From Trichodelitschia bisporula (lineage: Eukaryota): a DNA stretch of 64,000 nt. The notes below the pieces were generated by a model that was given only the letters and a program-made list of their open reading frames with translations, was not told where the DNA came from and made no database searches. Position numbers and translations under genes: made by a program. Position 1 is the stretch's first letter. The number at the start of each line of letters is the position of its first letter. The stretch is from contig ML996689.1 in assembly GCA_010356995.1 (NCBI GenBank), forward strand, positions 1,444,691-1,508,690, in the 5' to 3' direction. Below are positions 38,771-51,303 of this stretch, one piece after another.

Positions 38771-39211
38771 GCGGGTGGCACGTGTGCCGTGAGGCTATCC
38801 CGGCCTTCAGCCTTGCCAGGTAACGACCGCGAACAACGGGAGCATGGCGACGAGACACACTCTACGACTATGCCTGGCTCTTTGCTTGAGCTGCAGCGAT
38901 GTCTTTGTGTGTTTCTCGCGTATTCGAGAAGGTATTCCGCGCTTTGTCTCATGTGCAGAAAGCGAGCAAGACGGGCCTCGTCTCGTCTTTGTCGTTCTAA
39001 ATAAGAGCATCAAAAGACAATGTAGCTCCATCACAAAGCCGAATCTCACGATACAACACAAAGCTCTTATAAGTGACATAGAGATTAAGATGCCCCTCCC
39101 CTCAGTCCGTACAGAGAGGCATAACTCCTCCCTCCCACTCCAGCATCACCGTTTCGTTCTCCTTACTGCCATACCGATATCCATTCCAGTCGATCTCACA
39201 CACAGTCCACA

Positions 39212-39697
39212 ATGACAATCTCCACGCGCCCCAACCCCGCCCTCCGCGAAAAAATCCGCGAAATGCGCCTAACCCTCGCCCCCCTCTGCCCAATGTCCCC
39301 CGGGCACCGTGGGCCGCACTCCTCCTTCCCCCCCACCCTGCTGCACTACTGGCTACTAACCGAAAACCAAATGGACGCCTTCGCCTCGCACTACCACCAG
39401 ACGGACCCCAAGGACCCCTACCGCCACGAATATCCCGCGTGCATGAACTGGGACGCGCGCTTCCTGGCGCGGCCGCCGCCGAATCTGGCGCCTGAGGATA
39501 ACTTCTACCTGAGTGCTGAGGAGCGGTTGTGGGTGAAGCGCCGCATGGTGGGTAAGTTCATTGGGATCCGTGGGTGCGATACGCCGATCGGGGAGGCGAA
39601 AAGGCGGATACGGTTTTATGAGCAGATAATGGAACGGGGGATGGCGGTTGAGCGGCGGGCGATGAGCTACAAGCCTGGTGGGGTGCAAATGGACTGA
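39212..39697 (+). CDS. Small hypothetical protein, 161 aa
   Basis: CACAATG start, coding-like codon use, motifs HSSFPPTLLHYWLLTENQMD, HYHQ, YPACMNW, RRMVGKFIGIRGCDTP. Confidence 0.75.
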   Translation: MTISTRPNPALREKIREMRLTLAPLCPMSPGHRGPHSSFPPTLLHYWLLTENQMDAFASHYHQTDPKDPYRHEYPACMNWDARFLARPPPNLAPEDNFYLSAEERLWVKRRMVGKFIGIRGCDTPIGEAKRRIRFYEQIMERGMAVERRAMSYKPGGVQMD

Positions 39698-39817
39698 GAT
39701 GGACAGAAAGGCGAGATACGGAAAGACAAAGTCGGATAATGGAGCGCCAAAACGCACCACCCGGCTATTACAATACCCAACAGCGATGGAGCGACGAAAC
39801 GCAAGGACACAAGCCTA

Positions 39818-42078
39818 CTAGCGCTCCATATTCGCCTCGCGCAGCAGCTCCGCCGCCGAACCCTCAGTTCCATACCGCGGCAACCCTACATGCTCATTAA
39901 TCCAATTCAAAACCACTGCGTGCCAAAGCAGACTGTTTTCCGGCTTCAAGATCCAGTGATTCTCGTCCGGGAACGTGAGGAACTGACTCTCCACTCCGCG
40001 CTCCTGCAGCACGTTGAATGCCGCCAGGCCTTCCGACATCGCAAGGCGGTAGTCCAGTTCGCTGTGAATGATAAGGTGCGGCGTCGCCCAGTTGCCCGTG
40101 TATTTAGACGGGCTCCAGGTCTCCCAGTCCGAATCCTTGTCCCAGAACTTCCCCTCAAACTCGTGCTCCGGGAAGTATAGCTCGTCCGTCGAGAGCTGGT
40201 TCGTCAGGCTGAAGACGCCGTCATGCGTCACGAGTGCCTTGAATTTGCGCCCGAGTGGCTGGCCTTGAATCCAGTTGGCCATGTACCTGTCAGAGTGAGC
40301 ACGTAACCAACCCGGAAGCCGATAAAAGCCCTTACCCGCCGTAACTCGCCCCCAGCGCCACCGCCCTCTCTGTATCCACATACTCCAGATTCTCCTCAAT
40401 ATACTCAAACCCCTTAACGAGGTCCTGATACGGCAGCCCGCCCCACTGGTCTTGGATCGCATCCGTCAGTGCCTGCCCATACCCCGTGCTACCCGTCGGA
40501 TTCGGCGTAACCACCACATAGCCCTGCTCAGCAAAGACAGCCGGATTCCAGCGCGTGCTCCACGAATCGTCCCAAGCACCTTGTGGCCCGCCATGAATGA
40601 GATACGCAAGCGGATACTTCTTCTTCGGGTCAAAGTCAGAGGGCTTCACCACCCAGGCGTGCAGGTTCTTAGTCTGAGCGCCGTCGAACCAGATTTGCGA
40701 AACCTGGTTGCGGGACAACCCGATGGCGGAACCGGACTTTGTGTTCGAGGATATGAGCTTCGGCGCGTCATTGGTGATGCTCCCGCCGATGAGATAGTAG
40801 GCGCTGTTATCGACGAGGCTGGATGACGAGAAGAAGACGCGCCCGTCAGGCAGCACCTGCACATCGCTCACGCTGCCATCGATGGCGAGCTTGCGCGGTG
40901 GGCCCCAAGCGGTGTGTCCCCACGAGCGGGTGGAAAATAGGCGCACACGGCCCCGGTCCTCGGCCGTGAGGTAGAGGTACATTCCATCAGGACTCCAGGC
41001 TATGCTCTGCGGACTCCTATCCCAGATCGCTTCGGGTTTGAGGGAACCATGGACGATCTGTACATCCAGATTCTCAACATCCTGGATGACTATAAGCTCA
41101 TTCTTATCCGATTCGTATCCGTCCTTGCGCATTGAGGTGAAGGCCAATTGGCGCCCATCAGGTGAAAAGGTGGGGTTGCTGGTTGCGCCCTGAAACGACT
41201 TGATATCAACCTGCTTAGGCTGTCCGACAACAAACCCCGAATCACCGGTCCGAAGAGCAAGCCAAAGGTTCTGCTTCGTGTGGGTTGCCGCATTCGATTT
41301 ATGATCCTTCGTCACGAAAGCTATGCCTTTGACGCTGATATCGAAATTGTCCGCACCGCCGAAGGGGGTAATGGGACTTTCGAGACTCGACCACTTGAGG
41401 ATGTTGCTAATCTCCGAGAGCTGATACTTGTCTCCCCCTGGTGGCTTTTCCAGAGTCCCATACCAGACTGCGTTGCGGTTGGGTGTGCTCCAGGTATCCC
41501 AGTGGCGGACAAACAAAGACTTGTAGAGTCTGCCTGTGGTGTGCGGCTTGGGGGCCTTTGCTTCATTGAACAAGCTGCCATCCGGCTTTGCGGAGGCGAC
41601 GAAAGCAACTGCAAACGAGTCGCTCCCAATCGAACGCAATTTGAGAGTGCTGGCCGCAGCATCCACAGTGCAAGCAACGTACTTGCTATATCATGTCAGT
41701 CAGACTCGCAGAGGAACGACATACCAACGTTGCTTCAAAGTCGTCGACTTGTCCGATGGTGATGTCAGTGACACCCTTCTCCCCGGGGACCAGCACAAGG
41801 ATGGTTTTTTCGCCGATCCAGTTTGGCTCACTTGCACCATCCGTGTCGGTGACTAACACCGACTCGTTGGTACTAGCATGAAGGAGTCTGATCTCACGCT
41901 TCCATTTGTGATCTTCAAATGAATACGTCTGAACCTTATAAAGGATCTGAGAGGCGTCGTAATTGGGCACTCCAGGTGATCTCCGGGATGCGCTGAGAAG
42001 AACTTCGGGCGTAAACTTAGTCGCTCTGATCGTCATGATGGAGAACAAAAATGATATGCCTAGAAATATCCGGGCCAT
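39818..42078 (-). CDS. DPP5: Dipeptidyl-peptidase V-like serine peptidase (S9 family); 2 introns
   Basis: KFTPEVLLS, FVRHWD, IHGGPQGAW, NPTGSTGYG, nucleophile GASYGGYM, HSELDYR, FPDENHW. Confidence 0.92.
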
Positions 42079-43595
42079 GATTAGCTGTAGTTCGAACTGG
42101 TGGTTGGTGAACCCCCAGAGAGACAAAGAAGGCTAAATTTGCTGATGACACGATATACGAGTGACATTGCGAGAGGCACATCTTAAAGGAGCATTGACCC
42201 TCTGTCTCTCTTCATATGTTTAGGGAAGGAGCCTCCTACCCTAGCAATGGACACCGGTGAAAGTAAACGGCCTGCTAGATGGCGTGCGAAACCCTGACTG
42301 TGGGGGCTTTCAAGACCGACCCAGAAGGATTCTCTCTTCCTACTAGGAAGAATGTCCAAAATATATCAGGACAATGCTCTGGAGGAACAAAGAGAAAAGG
42401 CAGGTTGCTTCTCCCGAAGACTTACAGAGATGCGCGTCGAGGTCGAGGTTGATCGTGCTCCCACCTTCTCGGATAAGTTTCCCTCCCAAAGGTTCCTGAG
42501 CTAGATTCAAGTAAGCTTCCTTGTTGACCGCGGAGGTAATCTATCCTCCCTTGGCAATGGAGAGGCAGGGTGATGGAAGAGTAATCAATGGCCTGATATA
42601 TGTAGTGATTGCGAGCGATGAGGTGGGGATGTCGGCACGGGCACGGGAGGGCTGACATGCCGTGCATGCTTCAAACTGCAGCCTGTTGGATCAGAGCTGG
42701 TCACCGCCAAGTGCAGTTATTATGCACGACAGCAACTTCAACCGCTGAGCTTAGAGGCAACGTTACTTCTGCATAGCCCGATGCTGGTCCTTTGAACCCA
42801 ATGCTGTGCCAAAAGCTGTCCAATCTCATCTGCCTAATGCGGATATCTTATCCACGGCTCGGGACGCCGCGGACGCCTCCTTTGATGTCTTCGGTCTTCT
42901 CCTCGGCAGTGAGGTGCTAGAAGCCACCCCCGATCTTCCGAGAACTGATGCCTCTGAAACATGAAAACCCGCCTTGAAGCGCTTATATCCGTTGTGTCAT
43001 GTAGCCGGGTACCGACAGCGAGTTCAAGCACCATGGTCAGCGGAAGAGTAGCGACAATGCTTAGCATCAATTCAAGCGCAAACAAGAAGCAGGACCTATA
43101 TGTTTAGCGAACTTAGATGTGACAACTTAAAGTTCAAGGGTTATGGGCATCCAGGCCAAGGTAAGTATGCATTGATCATTGGGGGGAAGGTCAAGAGTGG
43201 AGAGAAAGCCAGGATGAATCGTCAATGCTGGCAGCGCGGTAGTGCGTGGAACCCTTTCAAAACTGTAGGGCGGACACAGTGATGAGGCGGCTTCTGGAAG
43301 CAGTACGAGCCATAGATGGTGCCGGACATGGGTTGAGTACGAGACGCGGGCCTGCGCGCGGCGAATGGGTGGCTAGTCACACTTTTATAGAACTAGTTGC
43401 TAGTTCTAGGACATGAGATCGTCTAAATTGCTAGGCCCCGTATTCGCACTCCTAAGGGCCCAAGGTACATGTGAAGGGAACGGCTGACATCAAAAACAAG
43501 AGCCTCAAAACTCCAGACTCCTAGCACCGTCCCAGAGATCTTGGACACCCCACGCCTTTGAAAATTCCGTACGCCTTTCCCCGAGATATTTGCCA

Positions 43596-44910
43596 TCAGT
43601 CTTCCCCACCGTCCTCGGGCAATGTAGGGATGACCTCCTCCACGAGCTGAATTAGCTCGTCCACGTCTGGACGCTCGCTGGGCTCAACCTTCAGACAATG
43701 ACGTACGATATTCTTAACGCCATCGCTAATCGTGCTATCCTGCGCCACTTTCTGTTTTCCTCTTTGAGGGGCTTCATCTGGGAAACGCCAGTCACCGCCG
43801 AGCACACAAAGGCTCAAACTGCCTCCGGTTTCCTCGGAGCGAGCTTCAAATGGCGATTTGCCAACGAGACATGCGTAAAGGGTGCAGCCCATCGACCAGA
43901 TGTCAACCTTAGTATCGATGACACTGCCAGTCTTGACGTCAAAGAGCTCCGGTGCTCTGTACGGCATCGTGCTGTGTTCTGCTGCCTGATCCTGGACGGC
44001 AATTGCTTGTGATCGTGACGTGATGGATGTCGGCGCAGGAGCGATAGACCCTAGATCCATGAGGATAGGAGTTCTACCATCATCATCGATCATGATGTTC
44101 CCTGCCAAGAGTTAGCATTTGCCAATGCCATGCATCGTGATAAATTACCAGGCTTTATGTCTCGATGTGCGTACGCCCGCTCACCACCCGGCGCGATGCC
44201 TTGCTGGCTAATTGTAACCTCGTCGTCCATCAGCGGCTGGTTCTCTACATCATCCTGATTGCTCTCCTGATCCCGCCGTGCCTCCGCCGCATCCGCTGCC
44301 TCCGCATCCGCTTTGGCGGCCTCGGCTCTGACTTTCTTTGCGCGGTTCTGGCTCGCAGCCCCACCCGGCGGGCCTTTGACACGGTACTGATGCATCGACT
44401 TGAGCGCTTTGCAGACACCCAAGAACAGCAGCATCAGCCGCTTCTCCGGGAACTTGGTATGGTTGACGAGATTCGCGTTGATCATGTCCTGCAGATTGCC
44501 CCGCCGGTAGTACGGCAGCAAGATGTAAACCGTCTTTGCGCCAGGGTCCGATCGGTCCGATGCGACGCTATGGTCAATGCTGTGGATGATATTCGGATGC
44601 GGAGTGAAGAGACTGTACGCCTCGACCTCCTTGAGAGCCAGGGCGACGGATTCCTGGCCGAAGGGACATCGAATCTTCTTGAGAGCGTAGAGGGCTTGCG
44701 AGGACGAGTCTTGGACAAGGTAGACGTAGGAAAAGCCGCCCTGGGCACTATAAGTCCGTATCGCGCGAATGTCTAGCCGGGGTCACATACCTCGCCGAGC
44801 AGCCGCAGTATCTTGAAGCTTTTATTGTTAATCTTCAGCTGCGGGGAGCTCGAAAAGCAGCTCAAGCAACTGCCAAAGGAGGAGAACAGGTCAAGCAATG
44901 CGGAAGCCAT
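43596..44910 (-). CDS. ENV7: NAK-family Ser/Thr kinase (Env7/STK16-like); 2 introns
   Basis: N-terminal SCLSCF, LLGE|GGFSYV, ALKKIRC, HRDIKPGN, MDLGS, TMPYRAPE, DIWSMG. Confidence 0.9.
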
Positions 44911-45483
44911 TGCGATAGCGCAACGCGAGAGTCGCGGATGTGAGCTGACAGTAAGTTCTGAGCACGCGGGGAACTGGACGACGCGGCAAAGGGAAAACTG
45001 GCGACGACGCGAAACGTTGAGGGAAGAGCGCGGTGAATGAGCTTAAGGTGCAAGCTGTTCCGAGTGCCGACCGTTGCGCACTGCCTTTGGTTGGTTGGTT
45101 GTTAGGTGCAGGGGGAACTGTGAACACGCATGTAGTGGCGGGCTGAGGAAAACGATGCTGACCAACCCTACGGAACCGAATTGCTGTAATTCACCGAAAA
45201 GTTTTGGTGTAATCGACGGGGACTTTTTCTGAAGTGTAATATGCACCCAGCTGTAATCTGCTAGCGCGATTTTGATGCGTACGGGGTTGGATTTGGACGA
45301 TACGGATTACACTTGAAAAACAGCCAATTGCAGCTGCAGATTGCAGCTACAGAATACAGTCAAGAATAGTCACATTACAGTAGCAAAATGCAGTAGATTG
45401 AAGAGCTCTAGTCTAACTAAAATATGCCCAAAACCTCATTAAACAGCTTGCTCAAATCCTCATTGAGCAGCTTGCTCCGCAGC

Positions 45484-45526
45484 GTGTATGTGTATGCGCG
45501 CATGTATATGCGTGTGTGTGTATATA

Positions 45527-45559
<33 letters not shown>

Positions 45560-45572
45560 ATACACGTGTATG
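45484..45572. repeat. Compound (TG)n/(TA)n purine-pyrimidine microsatellite
   Basis: gtgtatgtgtatgcgcgcatgtatatgcgtgtgtgtgtatatatgtatatgtgtgtgtg... Confidence 0.9.
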
Positions 45573-46234
45573 CGTTGTGTGAGTTAGGAGATAGGAGATA
45601 GGAAGTTCCTAGCGCTTGGCACGGATTGCAGTAAGTCAATCAAGTACTTAAGATTGGATGGTTGAAGAAACTTGTTAACCTACCGAGCAAATCACCGAGC
45701 GCATGTCTGTTCGGCCAAACCTCTCCTCCACTGGAGTATAGATATCCCGAGGGTTCACCAAAAATCAATCCTACGCAGTTTTCCGAAGTTTGACAACTCA
45801 AGGCTTTGCCACAGGAGTTAGGATTTGTGGTTGACAGGCGCTTGGTATGTGACGAGTAAACCACGGGAAGAAAGTAGAGAAGAAAGTCGCATCGTTCTCA
45901 CTTGTGCTTTGTGCTGCTGTTGAGGAACATCAAAACCACATGACTTTGTCAGCACAAGGCTAACTGGAAATAGAAGGAAGATGCAGCCTGAGGCCTGGAG
46001 TGGCTTATCGCGATAGGAATGCGGGGTCCGACAGGGGGGCTCGGGGTGGTTGGGGAAGCTGTGCCCAAGGCCGACCGATGGGCATGAGAGGTGCAAACGG
46101 AGCGCGGCCATTCACCATCACGAAGCACAAACGCGAGCTTCCTTTAGGCCTGCCTACGTGTGCCCGTCTCAGGCTTACCTTCTCACATCCGTTCACAACA
46201 TCATTCATTCCAGCCTACTGTACCGATCCGTAAT

Positions 46235-47991
46235 ATGGGTGCCAATGAGTCCAAGATCCCCGACGCAGTCATCACGGCCAAGCTCGCGGAGCGGCTCCGA
46301 AGCATGGAGTTGGAGAACCAGCGGCGCAGCCCGAGCTTGGACGAGAAGGACTACGTCTACGTGGGTGAACAGCCAGGTATTCATTCCCTCTCGACGGACG
46401 AAGGATAGCAAAGATAGTGGGCCTGACAATGCCATGTAGCACTCTCCACTTTGCGCGCTGGTAGCTCTGATGTCTCCATCGATGCGGCCGAGGACTGGCA
46501 AAAGGAACTGCTCGCGGACCCCAAGGTGTGTGGTGGTGAGATGTGACCCCAAGTGCGATAGGTCTAACGGTTCGGCCCTTAGAACCGCCTCGCTCTCGCG
46601 GCCCTCTCTTCCAATTCCCTCACGAATATCCTAACCTCGCGCGCCGCCACGATCGCTGATACGCAAACCTTCAACATCAAGATCCCCTTCGAGGGCACGC
46701 CTGTTACGAACCAGCGCTCCTCGGGGCGATGCTGGCTCTTCGCGTCGACCAATGTCTTCCGCGTCGCCCTGATGCAGAAATACAAGCTGAAGGAATTCGA
46801 GCTGAGCCAGGCCTATCTCTTTTTCTGGGATAAACTCGAGAAGGCGAACTATATGCTCGAGAACATACTCGACACCGTCGATGAGCCCCTTGACAGCCGT
46901 CTCGTCCAGGAGCTCCTCTCCAGTCCCGTCGGTGACGGTGGCCAGTGGGACATGGTCGCCAACCTGGTCTCCAAGTATGGCCTCGTAAGCCCCCTCTCAG
47001 CCCCACCACGTGTGCGCAGGGCCTAACGCTGTGCAGGTTCCCCAGTCCCTGTACCCAGACTCCTACAATGCCCAGAACTCCTCCGCCATGGGCCGGCTGC
47101 TGACGACGAAGCTGCGCGAAGATGCTCTGTGCCTGCGCACCATGGCTAAGAGTAAGAACCCCGCCACTCGGTCCTCGCTCCCCGCGACCAAGGAGAAGAT
47201 GCTGCGCGAAGTGCACCTCATCTTGACTCTCATGCTGGGCCCGCCTCCTAGTCCCAACAAGAAATTTACCTGGCAATTTTACGACCGGGATGGTGCGTTC
47301 ACCTCCGTCGAACTTTCTCCGGTGGATTTCGCCGCGCAGCTGTCTAAGCCCAATGTTGTACGCGCGCTCGGTGGCACGGATGTTTCTCGCCTGTTTAGCT
47401 TGGTCAACGATCCACGTCATGAGTACCTGCGCCTTCTGACCGTGGAGCGGCTTGGAAACGTGTACGGCGGTCGGCCGATTACATACGTTAACGTTGACAT
47501 GCCGACCATGAAGGCAGCGTGTGTCGCGATGATCAAGCGCGGCCTGCCGGTGTTCTTCGGCTGCGATGTCGGTAAGTCGAGTGACAGTGACATGGGGATC
47601 ATGGATACAGAGCTTTATGACTATGGGCTGGGTTTCAATATTAGCCTCGGGATGAGTAAGGCGGAAAGGCTGATGGCTCGGGAGAGCGCCATGACACACG
47701 CGGTATGTTTTGTGGACACTTCCTTTGGTATTCTGGAATTCTGATTTGTTGTAGATGGTCCTCACGGCTGTTCACGTTGTTGACGGCAAGTCTGTGCGCT
47801 GGCGCGTTGAGAATTCGTGGTCCAAGGAGCGTGGCACGGAGGGCTACTTCGTCATGACGGATAAGTGGATGGACGAGTTTGTGTACCAAGCTGTCGTTGA
47901 TCCCGCGTTCGTGAGTGAGGAGGTCAACAAGGTGCTCAAGCAGGAACCAAAGGCGCTGCCGCTGTGGGATCCCCTGGGTGCCCTCGCCTAG
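46235..47991 (+). CDS. LAP3: Bleomycin hydrolase / cysteine aminopeptidase (C1B); 4 introns
   Basis: [52 protein letters not shown]-terminal WDPLGALA. Confidence 0.95.
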
Positions 47992-48358
47992 CCGATTACA
48001 TGGTTTGGTATATGCTGATGAGATTGAGGTATTGCTCTTTGTGATTTGACGGTGTTGTACGATATGACTTTTTTTGCGGCCGGTCGCTTTGCGAGGATGG
48101 ATATGGATAGGCTGGGGATTTCCAATATGAATGTTATCTCTATTGCAGGTATAGTATGTCAGGTACGCCATTTCAACACTGGCAGGATCATATGCATATT
48201 CATTCCGAGTAAAGGCTAGTGCTACAAACAGCAAGGCGCAAGGAACCAGCCAGACTCCAAGATGTGCGACCAGTGGACGACTCGATGCATTCATTCAACT
48301 TCGCACTCCTCGGGCTCAGCTTTTGTCCTTCCAATCTCCCCTCCCACGCGAAATCAAA

Positions 48359-50188
48359 TTAGTTCCCCTGCGTAGGCATGATAGTATCCGACTTCTGACT
48401 CGTCGCATCCTCACTACGCCACAAACTCGTCACCGTCTTGATCTGCGTATAAAACTGCAGCCCAGGCTTGCCATAAAAGGTACTCGCCCCACCACCCGCA
48501 ATACTCTTCTTGTTCCCAGTGAAGGAGAACACGCTCAGAGGCACGGGGATCGGGACGTTGACACCAACTTGTCCAGCCTCGATCTCCTTCTGGAACTTGG
48601 TGGCAGTGGGACCGCTGCGCGTGAACACGGCGGTGCCGTTGCCGTACTCGTTGGCGTTGATCAGGGAGATGGCTTCGTCGAGGGTGGAGACGTTGAGGCA
48701 CACCAGTACGGGGCCGAAGATTTCTTCGGTGTAGCAGCGCATGTGCGGCTGTACGTTTGTTATGATTGTGGGGCCGACCTGGGGCGTTTGGTTAGTACGG
48801 TTACGAGATAGGGGAAGGGGACAATGTTACCCAGTTCCCGTTCGGATACTTCGCGGGCTTGACACCGCGCCCGTCGAGCAGGATCGTGGCACCTTCCTTC
48901 TCCGCACTAGCGATGACATCTTCGATCCGCGCCTTCGCTTGAGGGCTAATCACCGGCCCCAAATCCGCGCCCTCCTCAAACCCACCGTTCACATTCAGCG
49001 CCCTAGCGCGATCCGCAAGCTCAGGCAACCACTCCTTCGTCTCGCCGATCATAACCAGCGTGCTCAGGGCCATACACCGCTGCCCGGCGGCACCGAACGC
49101 GGCTCCAGCAATGGCATTCAGCGCATGGTTCTTATTACAATCCGGCAGAATCGCAGCGTGATTCTTCGCGCCCAGATTGGCCTGGACGCGTTTCCCGTTC
49201 GCCGAGCCACGGGCGAAGATATACTCGCCCGCCTGGTTGGAGCCGACGAAGGAGATCGCCTTAATGCGGGGTTCGTCGAGGATGAAGTCTACGGTCTTGG
49301 CGGCACCGTGGATGATGTTGATCACGCCTGGGGGGAAGCCCGCTTTGTCGGCGAGTTCGGCGAGGATCATAGTTGCGCCTGGGTCGCGCTCCGAGGGCTT
49401 GATGACGAGGGTGTTGCCGGCCATGGTGGCGACGGGGATGGACCAGAGGGGGATCATGGCGGGGAAGTCTGTGGGCACGTTAGATACGGGACTCGGGATG
49501 GGAATTGGGGAGGCTCACTGAAGGGGCAGATAGCGGCCACGACGCCCAATGGCTCGCGATACGTGCGCGTTTCCATATCCTTCGCCACCTCGAGGACTTC
49601 GCCCTTCATCTGCTCCGGAATACTGCACGCCGCCTCGGCAACCTGCAACCCACGCAGCACATCGCCCTTCGCATCCGCCAGCGTCTTCCCCTGCTCCAGG
49701 GTAATACTCGCGGCGAGCCGATCCCAATTCTCGCGTATCAGCGCCGTGTACTTGAACATAATCTGCTGTCTGTGCAAAAAGCTCGTATGCCGCCACGTGC
49801 TGAACGCTTTCTCGGCGCTGTCGACCGCGGCGGTGAGTTCGGCATCAGTGGACTGCGGGACGCGGGTTACGAGATTGTTAGTCGCCGGGTCGTGCAGGTC
49901 GATCCAGGTGCTGGCCTGGGAGGCGACGAAGGCGTTGTCGATGAAGTTGGGCGTGTCCTGGGGTTGGGCGATTTGCTCATGGGACGTCGGGTAGGAGAAG
50001 GCAGGAGCCGCGGCCAACTGTTGCGCCGTGGCGTGGAGGCGGCGGACGGCCGTGATGCTGGGGTTGCGGGGGGCCATTGCGGGTGAGAAGGTGAGGGCGG
50101 AGGTTGCGGTGCGAAGTGTGGAGGGCCGGGGGAGACGGGGTGTGAGGGCGGGGACGCTCCGGGCGAGGGCTCGACGAGCGGCGGCCAT
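48359..50188 (-). CDS. mmsA: Methylmalonate-semialdehyde dehydrogenase (ALDH6A1/MmsA), mitochondrial presequence; 2 introns
   Basis: [62 protein letters not shown]. Confidence 0.94.
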
Positions 50189-51303
50189 GGTAGTGAAGGA
50201 GGGTCAATTCCAAAAGGAATTTAAGGGGAAAGGCTGCAGATAACGAAGACGCTCACTCGCTGAAGGGGTATCTATGAGGGGGAGGGGACGTTAAAAGTGT
50301 GGTAAGAACGCTGACTTGCGCGCGGTGATCGGTGAACGGGAGTGCGGGGAAGGTTATCCGCCACCCGTTCGTGAGCGGCTTACGTCGGCCCACTTCCTGG
50401 TATCCGGGGCATGGCCCGGCTTGCCGAAGTACCGGCAAAGGAAGAAGCAGGAATACGGCCATATGGAGGATATTTAGGAGCTTTAATGGTCCGATCTGCA
50501 GTTTGTCCTTCTCGTCAATGCCAACTGCATCCTTTACCGCGAGTATTTCTCGTAGGGAACCACACATCGCTCAGTGTCACTCCTTTGCCACTCCTCGGGC
50601 TGTCAGCAAAACCAGCCGAAGTCGCACGCCGGAATCGCAAGCCGGCTCCCCAATCCGACGACTAGATTTGATAATTGCTGTGGAGAAGCATACCCCGGCT
50701 GTCCCCGGTTTGCCCCAGACCAACGTCCGGGGCAGGCCAGTGTTGGAGTGGGGCGGAGAGATATCCATCTCCACCTTTTCGGCATGTGGTCAGGCACGGC
50801 CCACGCTAACAGACTTGGGGGTTGAAGGCGGTTGGAAGTGCAGCCGAAGACTGACGAAGGGACTACTCAACTCGCCCCCCGAGGTCCGACTCACCAACAC
50901 AGCATACATCGCGAAACAACTCACAGTTTCAGCAATTACTGAATGACCAGATCCCACCTAGCCAAGTCACCATGCATGGAACCAAGGAAATGCACATACC
51001 CGTCCCTCACCCGTGACGCAACGCATCCGTGTTCCAGTGCTCTAACATTGTAAGGTATGCCAGCTGAAAGCAAGGCAAAGACAAGAGTGCGACCGCTCTA
51101 CAATAGGAAACAATGCCCCCTGAAATAACCCATCCTTCGAACGCCATTCAAAGCCAGCACAATCAGCGCCATGCCGCACTTGACCCCGGCAGTCCTATCC
51201 CAACCAGTGAACACAAAGTTCCCTCTGTAGGATAATTAAGTTGCCATAAGTCTTGAACAGGCGTCAAGGCCAGTCGTTGGTTCGTTAAAGGCATCGAGAG
51301 CAT

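Noticed and set aside
43388..43408. 9-bp hairpin TAGAACTAG-ttg-CTAGTTCTA downstream of ENV7
   Set aside because: Short enough to arise by chance; no supporting context
48741..49994. 417-aa plus-strand ORF and similar shadows opposite LAP3, PCNA, IEC3 and MSH1
   Set aside because: Antisense frames of well-supported genes
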